From contig CAWAPN010000010.1 in assembly GCA_963783955.1 (NCBI GenBank), forward strand, positions 13,779-77,778: a stretch of 64,000 nucleotides of DNA, given 5' to 3'. Position 1 is the first letter of the stretch. Every line of letters starts with the position of its first letter. The notes below the pieces were generated by a model. That model made no database searches, had not been told where the DNA came from, and was given only the letters and a program-made list of their open reading frames with translations. The translations under genes were made by a program, and so were the position numbers. This document shows, in pieces, positions 34,203 through 42,648 of this stretch. This DNA is from Candidatus Acidiferrales bacterium (GTDB lineage: Bacteria > Acidobacteriota > Terriglobia > Acidiferrales > UBA7541).

Positions 34203-37200
34203 TTACACCGCTTGAGCCACTGCCTCCGAGCGCTCCTCTTCGACCACCACGCCGTCTCGAAAACTCACATATTGCCGCGAATTCGCCGCCACCTTATCAC
34301 CCGGCACAACAATTCCCGCCAAATTCAACGGATCCGCCGCCGAAACGGTTATGATTTCACCGTTTGCCGGCGCCGTTCGCCCAGCCCGTAGCGATTCCAC
34401 CGCCACTGGCAGCGCAAACTGCTCTCCTACAAAGCCGCTCACGAATCTTCCGCCGCGAATGTCCCCACGATCCTCTAGCCGTCGCAATGCAATCAAGACC
34501 TCCCTCCAGCGGGGCAAAATCGATTCGCGCGTCAGCAACTCGCGAAACACAACACCGTATCGCTTCAACAGCATCCAGCAGATCGCTTCCATCTGTACGG
34601 CATGCTCTCCGGCTTCACCGGCACAGAGCAGCGACCATCGCCCTACGCTATCCCGCGGACGCGTGCTCTTGCCGCTACCCTGCCCCGCGCGCCGTTTGGG
34701 ATCAATCAACGCTCTCAGATTGTCGAAGCCATCCGCGGTGACGAATCCAACCGCCACCAGTTCCCACAACGCCGTTTCAATCTCCGCTTTCAGCTTCCGC
34801 GTTCCCCGCACGATGTCCGCGAAAAACGACGCACCATACCGCCGGAGAAACTGCAAAACTTCTCGCGCCGCCGGACTCAGCCCCGGCTGCTCCGACGCAG
34901 CCCATTCGCGCCGCGGGTATGACATCCAGTCCACATCCTTGCGCACGAAGAAAGTAATCGGCGCCACACTACTCGGCGTCACCCTGCGGCCGCGTTCAGT
35001 AGAACCCGTCAAAATGGCCGGATGCGGCGAAACTCTTCCCCATCCCACCGCGCCGCTCAAACACAACTGGTCCAGGTTCTTCGGGTCGTAGCCATTCACG
35101 CGCCGGCTCAGGATCTGCTGCTCCCATGCGTTGGCCGACGCCTCATATCCCTGCAATTGCCCCAGAGTCTCGAGTGTTCCTCGCTCACCGGCCAACTGCG
35201 TTCCACGTGCCACATGCTGCCACCGGAACAACCAGCGCATGAATTGCGCCGCCGTAACCGGCTCAATTTCCCGCCTTAGCCTTCCGAGCGTCATTCGGTG
35301 AATCCGCGCGAGCAGGCGACGTCCGCACCATTCCGTTTCTTTGCCGGCAGCGTCCGTATATTTGCCCCGCAGCACCGCTCCGGTCCCTTCGATCCGCAGC
35401 AGCGCCTTTTCGATTTCCGCCTGCGGCAGATCCAGGACTTCTGCAAGAGCCCCTGCTGTTACGGGTCCGCAATGCTCCATCCATCCCACAACCAGCATGA
35501 CCAACACTTCTTCTCGCTCCGGGGCCTCGGCCTCTACGGCGGCGACAGAAGTGCCAAATTGCGCTTCGGGAAAAAGTCGCGCAAAGCTCTTCGCGCGCTC
35601 CGCCGCGACCCAATGGCTTCTGCCATTCGACACCGCCAACCCCGCTCGCCCTTGCCGCAAAAGTTGTTCAAAGTGCGTCTTCCACACACCCACGGATCCC
35701 TGAACCATGGTGCGCAACGGACTCGTCGACGGCAGCTCGTCAGCCACCTCAATTTCCGGCAGCGCGATCAGCGTTTGCAACACGTCCTGCAATTCATTCT
35801 CGTCACGCACATCCGGCCACGCCTCAGCCCGCACTTCGGCAATCGCAGCCGTATCTAGCTTCCCTACTTCGCACATCACCGTTTCCGGCAACATCCGGCG
35901 CATCTCTACCGCTCGCGCGCGGCGCTCCTCGATCGGAGCGTCATCCAGATACGCAAACGGATTTGCGTTCAGAATCTCGTGCGAAAATTGCGACGGCACC
36001 GGAGTATCCACCGCAACACACTGAATGCTCCCGTTCAGCACCCGTTCGAGGATCAGTTTTAGTCCCTCGCAATCCATCGCTTCGGTCAAAGCGTCTTTCA
36101 TCACTTCGCGAATCAGGGGATGGTCCGGAATCCTCGGCTGCGTCTCCAGATTTTCCGGGCACGCCGCCGCGTCGGGAAAAACAGTAGCTAGCAGGTCGTC
36201 GGCCCGCATACGCTGGATCGGCGGTGCCACCTTTTTCCCTCCCTGAAATCGTTGCAGTACCAGCGCTCGCGAAGCATCCCACCGCCACCGTGCCGTGAAA
36301 ATCGGCGACGCCAGAACCGCTTGCTCCAACACCTCGCCTAGCGACGCCGGATGCAAAAACCGAAACACGTCCGCCAGCGGGAAACTGTGCTGCTCCGCCA
36401 ACGAAATATTGATTCCGTCGTCCGTGGCGGAAGCTTGCAACTCCAGATTGAACGACCGGCAAAATCTCTTCCGCAGCGCCAATCCCCAAGCCTTATTGAT
36501 CCGGCCGCCAAACGGAGCGTGAATCACCAGTTGCATCCCGCCGCTCTCATCGAAAAACCTCTCGGCAATTACCGTCTTTTGCGTAGGTACCGCGCCCAGC
36601 ACCGCGCGCCCCGCGACCACGTGCTCGACAATCTGTTCCGCCCCGGCTTGATCCAGCCTACACTGCGCTCTCAGCCATTCCGCCGCCGCAAGCGCCTGAG
36701 GGGAACTCCGCAAATCCATGCCCGCCGCGACTTCACGCGTAAGCTCATGCACCCTTTCCCGCAACTCCGCAACTTGCGAGGAAAGTTCCGCCGTCCGCGC
36801 TGGCGCTTCTCCGCGCCAGAACGGAATCGTCGGCGCCGCACCGCGCGCATCCTCCACAATCACGCGTCCCCCCGACGTCACGCGTCGAATCCGCCAAGAA
36901 CTATTGCCCAGCAACATAACGTCTCCGGCAAGGCTTTCCACCGCGAAATCCTCATCCACCGTTCCGACCAGCGTCCCTTCCGGCTCCGCAACCACCGAGT
37001 ACAAGGAATTATCGGGAATGGCTCCGCCGTTCGTGATTGCCACCAGACGGCTTCCTCGCCTCCCGTGCAGCCGGCCATTGACGCGGTCGCGCAAAAGATG
37101 AGCGCCATATCTTCCCCGGCGCGCCGCGATTCCCTCCGAAAGCATTTCGACGATGCCCTCAAACTCCCTTCCTTCCAGGTTGCGATAGGGATAGGCTCGC

Positions 37201-38525
37201 CGCACAAGCGTGAAAAGGTCGTCCTCCAGCCAGTCCTCGCAAGCACACGCCGCTACAATCTGCTGCGCCAGCACATCCATCGGCGCTTCCGGAATCTCGA
37301 TGCGATCCAAATGCCCTTCGAGCATGGCTCGGACCAGAGCGGCGCTTTCCACTAATTCGTCCCGCGTCGTGGCAAAAATCCGCCCCTTCGGAATTGCTCC
37401 ATGCCAGTGCCCGGCTCGTCCGATCCTCTGCCATGCCACCGAAATCGACCGCGTCGACCCGACCTGGCAAACCAGGTCGACGGCGCCAATATCAATTCCC
37501 AATTCCAGCGAAGCCGTCGCCACCAGAACCTGAATTTCTCCGGCCTTTAGCTTCTTCTCCGCCGCAAACCGCAGCTTCCGCGAAAGGCTGCCGTGGTGCG
37601 TGGCCACCGCCTCGTTCCCCAGGCGTTCCGCCAAATGGTGTGCCACACGCTCCGCCAACCGCCGCGTATTCACGAACACCAGCGTTGAGCGGTGCTGCCG
37701 CACGAGCTCGGCGATTCGCTCGTAGATCTCGTCCCACATCTCGTGCGTGGCCACCGGCCCTAGTTCGCTAGCCGGCACTTCCACCGCAAGGTCCACCTGT
37801 CGCTGGTGTCCGATTTGTACGATTTGTGGATCGGGCCGCCCGCCCGTGAGAAAATGGGCGATCAACGCAATGGGCTTTTGCGTGGCGGAGAGTCCAATGC
37901 GCAGCGGCGGCCGCTCGGCCAGCGCTTCCAGCCGTTCGAGCGAAAGTGCCAGGTGCGCCCCGCGCTTGTCGTCGGCCACGGCGTGAATCTCATCGACAAT
38001 CACCGTGTCCACCGACTGCAAAATCCTCCGACTCTTCTCCGCCGTCAGCAAAATGTAAAGCGATTCCGGCGTCGTCACCAGAATGTGCGGAGGCCGCTGC
38101 AGCATTGCTCGCCGTTCGTGCATCAACGTATCGCCGGTGCGCACCATTGCGCGAATTTCTGGCATCAGCAGCCCGCGTTCGATCGCCAACTGCTGAATTT
38201 CTCCCAGTGGAATCTCTAGATTCACCTTGATGTCGTTGCTGAGCGCCTTCAGCGGCGAAACGTACAGCACTTCCGTGCGATCCTGCAGCTCTCCCGACAA
38301 AGCTTTGCGCACCAGTCGGTCGATGCAAGCCAGAAACGCCGCCAGCGTTTTTCCCGACCCGGTCGGCGCGGAAATCAGCGTAGTCGTTCGCCGCAAAATA
38401 TGCGGCCAGCCCTGCTCTTGCGGCTCGGTCGGCGCCCCCAGCTTGTTCAGAAACCATTCGCGCACAATCGGATGCGCCCAATCCAGTGCGTCTGGCCGTA
38501 TAGGCGATGTGCTAGCGATTTCCAT
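34203..38525 (-). CDS. lhr: Lhr-like large ATP-dependent DEAD/DEAH-box helicase
   Basis: 1440-aa ORF. Motif I APTGSGKT, motif II VIVDEIHA, SAT, and motif VI QRIGRAGH. A long C-terminal DEAD/H-associated extension is typical of Lhr. Confidence 0.9.
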   Translation of the reverse strand: MEIASTSPIRPDALDWAHPIVREWFLNKLGAPTEPQEQGWPHILRRTTTLISAPTGSGKTLAAFLACIDRLVRKALSGELQDRTEVLYVSPLKALSNDIKVNLEIPLGEIQQLAIERGLLMPEIRAMVRTGDTLMHERRAMLQRPPHILVTTPESLYILLTAEKSRRILQSVDTVIVDEIHAVADDKRGAHLALSLERLEALAERPPLRIGLSATQKPIALIAHFLTGGRPDPQIVQIGHQRQVDLAVEVPASELGPVATHEMWDEIYERIAELVRQHRSTLVFVNTRRLAERVAHHLAERLGNEAVATHHGSLSRKLRFAAEKKLKAGEIQVLVATASLELGIDIGAVDLVCQVGSTRSISVAWQRIGRAGHWHGAIPKGRIFATTRDELVESAALVRAMLEGHLDRIEIPEAPMDVLAQQIVAACACEDWLEDDLFTLVRRAYPYRNLEGREFEGIVEMLSEGIAARRGRYGAHLLRDRVNGRLHGRRGSRLVAITNGGAIPDNSLYSVVAEPEGTLVGTVDEDFAVESLAGDVMLLGNSSWRIRRVTSGGRVIVEDARGAAPTIPFWRGEAPARTAELSSQVAELRERVHELTREVAAGMDLRSSPQALAAAEWLRAQCRLDQAGAEQIVEHVVAGRAVLGAVPTQKTVIAERFFDESGGMQLVIHAPFGGRINKAWGLALRKRFCRSFNLELQASATDDGINISLAEQHSFPLADVFRFLHPASLGEVLEQAVLASPIFTARWRWDASRALVLQRFQGGKKVAPPIQRMRADDLLATVFPDAAACPENLETQPRIPDHPLIREVMKDALTEAMDCEGLKLILERVLNGSIQCVAVDTPVPSQFSHEILNANPFAYLDDAPIEERRARAVEMRRMLPETVMCEVGKLDTAAIAEVRAEAWPDVRDENELQDVLQTLIALPEIEVADELPSTSPLRTMVQGSVGVWKTHFEQLLRQGRAGLAVSNGRSHWVAAERAKSFARLFPEAQFGTSVAAVEAEAPEREEVLVMLVVGWMEHCGPVTAGALAEVLDLPQAEIEKALLRIEGTGAVLRGKYTDAAGKETEWCGRRLLARIHRMTLGRLRREIEPVTAAQFMRWLFRWQHVARGTQLAGERGTLETLGQLQGYEASANAWEQQILSRRVNGYDPKNLDQLCLSGAVGWGRVSPHPAILTGSTERGRRVTPSSVAPITFFVRKDVDWMSYPRREWAASEQPGLSPAAREVLQFLRRYGASFFADIVRGTRKLKAEIETALWELVAVGFVTADGFDNLRALIDPKRRAGQGSGKSTRPRDSVGRWSLLCAGEAGEHAVQMEAICWMLLKRYGVVFRELLTRESILPRWREVLIALRRLEDRGDIRGGRFVSGFVGEQFALPVAVESLRAGRTAPANGEIITVSAADPLNLAGIVVPGDKVAANSRQYVSFRDGVVVEEERSEAVAQAV

Positions 38526-38634
38526 GCTTCGTAAGATGACTCAGGAAGTCGTCCATCTACAAGGGTAGAGGTTCTACGCGGGAGCCCTCAGTCTATCGCA
38601 ACTCCAGAGCAAATAAAACTCGCCGGAGCCGGTA

Positions 38635-38664
38635 GCTCAGGCCTTCGAGGCCTGCGGCTTTTTC
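38635..38664 (+). repeat. Copy A of a 30-nt hairpin plus T-tract element (intrinsic-terminator-like, orphan)
   Basis: GCTCAGGCCTTCGAGGCCTGCGGCTTTTTC: a perfect 7-bp stem CAGGCCT/AGGCCTG with loop TCG, followed by CGGCTTTTT. There is no plus-strand gene upstream. A near-identical copy lies at 60724-60753. Confidence 0.6.
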
Positions 38665-38978
38665 TCCGCCCAGAAGCGCGCACCAGAAACAAACCTTTCA
38701 TCCAAAGCAAAGGCATAGAAGCGTACACTTCCCTGATCTTGCTTCTTCCCGGTCTTTGTGGCGCGCTCGCTAGGCATCGTTAGGACCTGCCTTCCGAGGC
38801 GGGCCGCTTTTGCGCAGAGTAACGGTCGGCGACGCGGACCAGCGCGTCCGTAAGAAGAACTCTTGCCTGCGATGGTTTCGTATAAGGTCGTTTCTGTTGT
38901 CGATGCAGTAGAATGGAGTCCGCGTTCAAAACAAAACCTTCGCCCTCGACAATCACTGCCACCCACAGGAGATTCTTC

Positions 38979-39479
38979 GTGACCATCGATCAAGATCTCG
39001 AGAAAATTGCGTTGCAGGAAAAACGCCTGCGATTCACGCGTTTCGATTCGGAAGTGGCTTGGGCCGTAGGAGCCGCCCTCAAAGCGGCCGCCGAAAAGCG
39101 CCACGTTTCCGTGGCCATCGAGATTCAGCTGAACGGCCACACTCTTTTTTCCTACGCCATGGCGGGCACTACGCCCGACAATTGGGACTGGATTCGTCGC
39201 AAGCGCAACGTCGTCTTGCGCTATCACCGCAGTTCCTACGCCATCGGCTTGAAGCACGAGCGCGACCGAACCACCCTGCACGAAAAATCTGGTCTCGACC
39301 TAAAAGACTATGCCACCCACGGCGGTTGCTTCCCGATTCTCCTCGGAGACACTGGCTGCGTCGGCACCATCACCGTCTCCGGCCTACCCCAGCGCGAAGA
39401 CCACGCCCTGGTCGTTGCGGTCCTCCAGGATCACCTCCATCTCGCGAGCGAAGACCTGGCCCTCAATCCCCCAAACTAA
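38979..39479 (+). CDS. UPF0303 / heme-degrading-domain-like (GlcG/HbpS-like) protein
   Basis: GTG start with an AGGAG Shine-Dalgarno 7 nt upstream. DQDLEKIALQEKRLRFTRFDSEVAWAVG...GGCFPILL...GTITVSGLPQREDHALVV matches my recollection of the UPF0303 family. Confidence 0.7.
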   Translation: MTIDQDLEKIALQEKRLRFTRFDSEVAWAVGAALKAAAEKRHVSVAIEIQLNGHTLFSYAMAGTTPDNWDWIRRKRNVVLRYHRSSYAIGLKHERDRTTLHEKSGLDLKDYATHGGCFPILLGDTGCVGTITVSGLPQREDHALVVAVLQDHLHLASEDLALNPPN

Positions 39480-39587
39480 ACCCAACCGAGCCACAGATTC
39501 GCCATTTATCGTCCAGGAAGAGGGAACGTCGGGAATAGCAACTTAGTCAGCGCTCTCCCGCAGATCGGTCGCTGCCAGGATTTGCGA

Positions 39588-39962
39588 CTAGCTGAAGCTC
39601 AGACGACAAGGAAATTTCTGCAGGAAGCTGCTGTATTTCGCGAAGAATTCCGCCTGTTGATAGGGGATTTGTAAAAAAATTGGCGCCTCGAACGGGTCGA
39701 AGCCCGTCACGAGAAGGCGCTCCAGGGCAAGCCTCGCTGCCTCCTTTGCGTCCTTGCCCTTCTGCTGGATGACTTCCGAGCCGCCGTCAGTCATCACAAC
39801 TTCCGCGTGCGTCTTTACCGGCCCGTCGGAAATGGCGAAAGTGTAGGTTGCGGAAGCCTTGTAGTTCGCGAACGCTCGCTCGCGACTGCGGCTCACCAGC
39901 GCAATAGCAAATTTGACATCTTCATGATCCGGCCTATGAGACATCCATCTGGTTCGATGCAT
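39588..39962 (-). CDS. Hypothetical protein
   Basis: 124-aa ORF with coding-like composition and no recognisable motif. Confidence 0.4.
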   Translation of the reverse strand: MHRTRWMSHRPDHEDVKFAIALVSRSRERAFANYKASATYTFAISDGPVKTHAEVVMTDGGSEVIQQKGKDAKEAARLALERLLVTGFDPFEAPIFLQIPYQQAEFFAKYSSFLQKFPCRLSFS

Positions 39963-40195
39963 TGATGGTTCCTCCTTGGCAAGGCTCTTATCCTGCTGGG
40001 AACTCGCCGCAAACCCAACACAGCGTCAATCGGATGGATCGCTGCTTCTTACTGAGAAATGACGAACCTGAAGGAAGGGGTCTGCGGTGACCACAAGGGA
40101 CGCCTCGGAATCTCGCCTGGGTCGCTGGGGCGTACACTGGCAACTCCGAAATAAACAATCAATCTTAACGTAAAGGAACGCAGGTTAAATGTCGA

Positions 40196-40500
40196 CTACC
40201 GCAACGTAAACTCAATGCGAAATTTCTGTAAACGGCTGGTTAACCAACAACGCTTACTGGTTTTTTGGCGGAGCAGGCCCGCCAACTGTATGGCGGACAG
40301 CCCGGAGGCCTGCAAAGCACGAATCGGCGGCAAAGCGATGTTTCCGTCGCGGCCGACCGGAATGGTTCTGGATATTACTCGCTGCATCGAGACATCAATC
40401 CGAACGACAACTCCGGCCGCGATACGACACTCGATTCTTGCCCCTGCAACCGGCTGCGTTTTCTTGTGCGTCCGCGCCGTTAAAGATTGCGCCCATCAGC
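40196..40500 (-). pseudogene. N-terminal remnant of a Wza-like polysaccharide export protein
   Basis: The minus frame reads ...PVAGARIECRIAAGVVVRIDVSMQRVISRTIPVGRDGNIALPPIRALQASGLSAIQLAGLLRQK...KFRIEF then a stop. Compare the Poly_export pattern YRIGPGDVL.I.V...S..V.V..DG.I.LP.IG.V.AAGLT..EL. A signal-like MGAIFNGADAQE sits in another frame upstream. Only about 100 aa remain. Confidence 0.55.
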
Positions 40501-40694
40501 AGCCTCGCAGCGAACCAAACCCGGCAGAATCCAGATTCGAGCCTGGCGGTTCCCTCTTCGGCAGATCGTACACTCGCCCGAATATACCGTCATCAGCCGA
40601 TGGTCCAAACCGATGGTCCCATTGACGGCCCCACTTGGATTGGATAGCCTCCCCTAAGCTTTTTCGTCCATCTCCCATGGTTCAGGGGATCGCC

Positions 40695-41084
40695 ATGAAC
40701 ACAAAAGATGCTTCCCTCTTTTCACGCAGACAATTTGCGCGACGAGCCGCGATGCTTTCGGCCTCTGCTGCGATTGTTCCGGGAGCAGCGCTTCGGCCTA
40801 CAGCGCCCCCCGCATCGCAGGATGCCTCGAGCACACCGCAGCTCTCTCCCGAGGGCCAGCGCGAAGCCGATTCCCGCTATCAGCAGATTCTCAGCCTGTA
40901 TGGGGATCGTCTGGATGAGGCGCAAAAAGCCCACATCAAAAAAATGTGCGCGGATTTGCAGCCCACGCTTGAAAAAATCCGCAAATACAATCTGGAGAAT
41001 GGAAACGCACCAGCTTTGTTCCTCAAACCCCTGCTCGAACGCGAGAAAAAATCGCAACCCGCGGCCGCGGCGAAGAAGCCCTGA
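40695..41084 (+). CDS. Tat-signal small protein with GatC/AtzG-like C-terminal half
   Basis: 129 aa from MNTKDASLFSRRQFARRAAMLSASAAIVPGAA (a twin-arginine motif SRRQFA plus an h-region). The C-terminal LDEAQKAHIKKMCADLQPTLEKIRKYNLENGNAPALFLKP resembles the GatC/AtzG helix-loop pattern ending in x-P-A-x-x-F-x-P. It ends 13 nt before the amidase gene. Confidence 0.5.
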   Translation: MNTKDASLFSRRQFARRAAMLSASAAIVPGAALRPTAPPASQDASSTPQLSPEGQREADSRYQQILSLYGDRLDEAQKAHIKKMCADLQPTLEKIRKYNLENGNAPALFLKPLLEREKKSQPAAAAKKP

Positions 41085-41097
41085 CCGGAGCCGGTGA

Positions 41098-42513
41098 ATG
41101 CTCAAGGAAGCTGTCCTTTACTCATCGGTCGGCGAGTTGGCCAAACAAATCCAGGCCAAACAGCTTTCTCCCGTGGAACTGACCGAAAGCTATCTGGAGC
41201 GCAGCGAAAAACTCGGGCCGAAGCTGAATGCCTATGCGCGCCTGATGCGTGACGAAGCGCTCGAGCAGGCGCAAAGCGCCGAAAAAGAAATTCAACGCGG
41301 CCACTATCGTGGCCCGCTTCACGGCATTCCCTACGCCGCGAAGGATCTCCTCGCGGTGAAGGGTGTTCCTACCACCTGGGGCGCGAAACCGTTTGCCGAT
41401 CAGGTTTTCGATTACAACGCAACCGTCATCGACCACCTCAAGAATGTCGGCGCTATCCTTCTAGGCAAAGCCGCCATGATTGAACTCGCCGGCGGCTTCG
41501 GCTACATGTATGCCTCCGCGTCCTTGCAAGGCGAAACCCGTAATCCCTGGGACACTGCCTGTTGGACCTGCGGCTCTTCTTCCGGTTCAGGAGCCATCGT
41601 CGCGGCCGGGCTCGCGGCCTTTGCCATCGGGACGGAAACCTGGGGCTCGATCATCTGCCCGTCTGCTTTTTGTGGCGTCAGCGGCTTGCGCCCCACGTAT
41701 GGCCGTGTCAGCCGCTACGGCGCGATGGCCTTGTCTTACTCTATGGACAAAATCGGTCCGCTTGCGCGAAGTGCCGAGGATTGCACGCGCATCTTCGCCG
41801 CCATCGCCGGACACGACCCGCTCGACCGCAGCACTTTGCCGATCGACAAAGCGGCTTTCACGTTTACTCCCGCGACGGATTTGAAACCCAGAGTTCTTCG
41901 CATCGGCTGGCTGACCAACGCTTGGCACGAAAAAGACTACGATCCCTCGGTGGCCAAAATCGTCGACGCTGCACACAAAGCTCTGCAGCATCATTTCCCT
42001 TCCCTGAAAAATGCCGCTCTTCCAGACGGTCCGTGGGAAGACGCCGCGAACCTTGTCCTCGCGTGTGAATCGGGCTCGGCGTTTTCTTCCTTCATCCGGT
42101 CCGGCAAAGCCAGCGAACTCGTCGATCCCTTGGGAAAAATTGGCGGCTATCTCCATCTCACGGTTTCGGGTGCGGATTACAACTCCGCTCTCCGCGTCCG
42201 CGAAATCCTGCAAGAAAAAATGGCTGATCTGTTCGAAGAGTTTGACGTGCTCGCGGCCGCGTCACTCCCCGTTCCCGCAACTCCGCTGACCATGGACCTC
42301 TCAAAGGGGCTGGACTTTGCTGATCCCCTCGGCGGCATCGGTAATCTTTGTGGACTCCCCGCTCTTTCCGTCCCCTGTGGCTTCACGGACAAAAAGCTTC
42401 CCGTAGGCCTGCAGTTCGTCGCACGCGCCGGCGATGATGCAGCAGTCCTTCAAGCGGGCCGCGCCTACCAGCAATTCACAGACTGGCGCCACCACCACCC
42501 CAATTTAGCGTGA
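41098..42513 (+). CDS. Amidase-signature (GatA-like) family amidase, no signal peptide
   Basis: 471-aa ORF. HGIPYAAKDLL, and the amidase signature GGFGY...CGSSSGSGAIVAAGLAAFAIGTETWGSIICPSAFCGVSGLRPTYGRVSRYG. Confidence 0.85.
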   Translation: MLKEAVLYSSVGELAKQIQAKQLSPVELTESYLERSEKLGPKLNAYARLMRDEALEQAQSAEKEIQRGHYRGPLHGIPYAAKDLLAVKGVPTTWGAKPFADQVFDYNATVIDHLKNVGAILLGKAAMIELAGGFGYMYASASLQGETRNPWDTACWTCGSSSGSGAIVAAGLAAFAIGTETWGSIICPSAFCGVSGLRPTYGRVSRYGAMALSYSMDKIGPLARSAEDCTRIFAAIAGHDPLDRSTLPIDKAAFTFTPATDLKPRVLRIGWLTNAWHEKDYDPSVAKIVDAAHKALQHHFPSLKNAALPDGPWEDAANLVLACESGSAFSSFIRSGKASELVDPLGKIGGYLHLTVSGADYNSALRVREILQEKMADLFEEFDVLAAASLPVPATPLTMDLSKGLDFADPLGGIGNLCGLPALSVPCGFTDKKLPVGLQFVARAGDDAAVLQAGRAYQQFTDWRHHHPNLA

Positions 42514-42648
42514 TCGTGTAGTGGCCGGTTTTCCGGCTCTTGGGTTTTGTTCGCTTCCCGGGAGCCCGGAATTGTTTACCCTGAGCTTCGAAGGGCTACG
42601 TTATTTGATCTGGAAGGACTTTTTCTCGTTGACAGTCTCCCCGCGAAA

